A stretch of DNA of 64,000 nt, taken from positions 960,001-1,024,000 of the forward strand of contig CAXXFL010000001.1 in NCBI GenBank assembly GCA_963674965.2. Direction: 5' to 3'. The DNA is from a bacterium (GTDB taxonomy: Bacteria; RBG-13-61-14; DATKZS01). The position numbers were made by a program, and so were the translations under genes. The notes below the pieces were generated by a model. The model was not told the DNA's origin. It was given only the letters and a program-made list of their open reading frames with translations, and ran no database searches. How positions within the stretch are numbered: the stretch's first letter is position 1; every line of letters begins with the position of its first letter. Positions 62,581 to 64,000 of this stretch are shown in pieces.

Positions 62581-63564
62581 TTACTTTCGTGAAGGATGGT
62601 CTTCCATGGCCTCGCGGAGGTCTGAAAGAAGGTTTTCGAAGCGCTCGTAGAAGAAGTAGGTTTCCTGGGAGAAGTTCATGAGCACGCGGTTCAATTTATC
62701 CGGTATGTAGGGGTAGAGCTTTTTCAAATTTGCTATCCTGTACTTGTAAAAGAGGAGCGCGTCGTCGGCCGTAAGGCTGCACGCCTCGTTGCACTTGGGG
62801 AAACGCTCAGGATACTTAACGACCTCGGAAAAGCTGATGATCTTTTTAGCCGTGACGTAAGTGATGACGTTCCCGCAGCTCCAGATGTCGTAATCCTCGT
62901 AGGAGACCTGGAAATCGAAGTCTATCCACCTGTACTTGCCCGTGTCCTTGTCAATTATTATATGGTCGTTTCTCACGTCGCCGTGATGTTCGCCATGGTC
63001 CTCCAGGAACTTGAGGGCCTCGACGCACTCGATGACCTCGTCCATTACCCCGGGGAAAACCTCGTGAAAGTATTCCTCGTGATCCATGTCCAGCATGGCC
63101 AGTTGGTTGAAAAGGGTCTTGCCGGGGAGAAAATCGATGACTCTCACCAGGTTGCCCGCCGCGTCCAAAACCGTGAAGCCCTGCATGAAGCGATCGTGTC
63201 CTTTCACGACCTCGAGGCAATGGGCCTCCTTTTCCGGGCTCCGGTGACACTTGATAAGAAAGATGCCCTCCCGCGAGGTGAAGTCCTCATAGAAGACCAT
63301 CTTGATGATCTTGCGGGACCCGTCGTCAAGGTCATAGCCGTACTTGACCCAGAACTTGGGCTGGTCGTCGATACCGAAGCGTCCCTCCTTGGCGTCGCCC
63401 GTGAGGAAATAGTCCTTACCCGCGATCCTGAGGACCATGCCGCCGGAAATGCGCATGTAGTCGGTGGTGTCCTCGATGATTTGGGGACGACCGTACACGG
63501 TCCGTCCCGTCAGTTCTTTGACCCTGTCCTTTAACTCCCGCTCGTCGTTAATAATCACCGGCAA
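62581..63564 (-). CDS. Protein kinase-like protein (atypical Ser/Thr kinase fold)
   Basis: EGRFG, KIIK, EKEA, HGDVRNDH, WIDFD and DIWSCG appear in kinase subdomain order. Confidence 0.75.
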   Translation of the reverse strand: MPVIINDERELKDRVKELTGRTVYGRPQIIEDTTDYMRISGGMVLRIAGKDYFLTGDAKEGRFGIDDQPKFWVKYGYDLDDGSRKIIKMVFYEDFTSREGIFLIKCHRSPEKEAHCLEVVKGHDRFMQGFTVLDAAGNLVRVIDFLPGKTLFNQLAMLDMDHEEYFHEVFPGVMDEVIECVEALKFLEDHGEHHGDVRNDHIIIDKDTGKYRWIDFDFQVSYEDYDIWSCGNVITYVTAKKIISFSEVVKYPERFPKCNEACSLTADDALLFYKYRIANLKKLYPYIPDKLNRVLMNFSQETYFFYERFENLLSDLREAMEDHPSRK

Positions 63565-63588
63565 TCATCCCTGGCCAGCCGCCGCTAT

Positions 63589-64000
63589 TTATAAGCCGTA
63601 AAACTCGAGAATCTTGTCAGCCACTTCCTTGACCATGTCGGAGGTCATCTCCGGGTAGACGGGAATGGCCAGACACTCGAGGCAGGCCCGCTCCGAGGCC
63701 GGGAAGGAATCGGCCTCATTTAGGTATGGCTTGAAACAGCCGAGCCGATGGAGGGGGACCGGATAATATACCGCGGACCCGATTCCCTTTCCGGCCAGAT
63801 ATTTCATGAGCTCATCTCTTTTCTCGACCCTGACAACGTAGTTGTTGAACACGTGATCGCCGCCCACCCGGGCGAGGGGCTTAACGCTCGTGCCCTGGAA
63901 GGCCCGGTCGTAATAGTCGGCGCGCTCTCTTCTCTTGCTCGCCCATTCCGAAAGCAGGGGAAGCTTGGCCAGGAGCACGGCCGCCTGGATCGAGTCCAGC
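63589..64000 (-). CDS. DegT/DnrJ/EryC1/StrS-family sugar aminotransferase, 3' part only (truncated by the window edge)
   Basis: LDSIQAAVLLAKL, HVFNNYVVR, GIGSAVYYPVPLH, LAIPVYPEM. Confidence 0.9.
   Translation of the reverse strand, partial: LDSIQAAVLLAKLPLLSEWASKRRERADYYDRAFQGTSVKPLARVGGDHVFNNYVVRVEKRDELMKYLAGKGIGSAVYYPVPLHRLGCFKPYLNEADSFPASERACLECLAIPVYPEMTSDMVKEVADKILEFYGL

Noticed and set aside
60136-63564. Kinase + GH84 as an O-GlcNAc/phosphorylation cross-talk system
   Set aside because: GH84 has a signal peptide and its own promoter, the kinase appears cytoplasmic, and no O-GlcNAc transferase is present

Overview
A GC-rich (roughly 60% by eye) bacterial chromosomal segment, probably from a deltaproteobacterium-like (Desulfobacterota/Myxococcota-type) organism; the taxonomy is inferred from gene content only. 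There is a housekeeping backbone: tadA-tRNA-Ser x2-ffs-dnaX-ybaB-recR, rplU-rpmA-obgE-proBA-nadD-rsfS, tex, recQ-like, gltX, mutS. Interspersed are exported hydrolases (GH3, alkylsulfatase, MBL hydrolase, serine hydrolase, Ntn acylase, matrixin, GH84), signalling genes (REC, PilZ, MCP, PAS/GAF hybrid kinase, atypical protein kinase), an acd-etfB-etfA unit and lipid-linked glycosylation genes. I saw no transposase, integrase, phage gene or CRISPR array. The most notable observations are: (1) a strong, apparently HIP-like excess of the palindrome CTCGAG that overrides Leu-Glu codon choice; (2) an EtfA fused to an XRE-cupin regulator, with a perfect palindrome in front of its operon; (3) a TIMP/NTR-like protein translationally coupled to a matrixin protease; (4) two copies of a ~185-bp nested-hairpin MITE/REPIN-like element; (5) a 4x15-bp G-quadruplex-forming tandem repeat abutting the -35 box of the GH84 promoter; (6) a DUF1638-TadA fusion. 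All product calls come from recognising motifs by eye, and all counts are hand counts; no searches were run.
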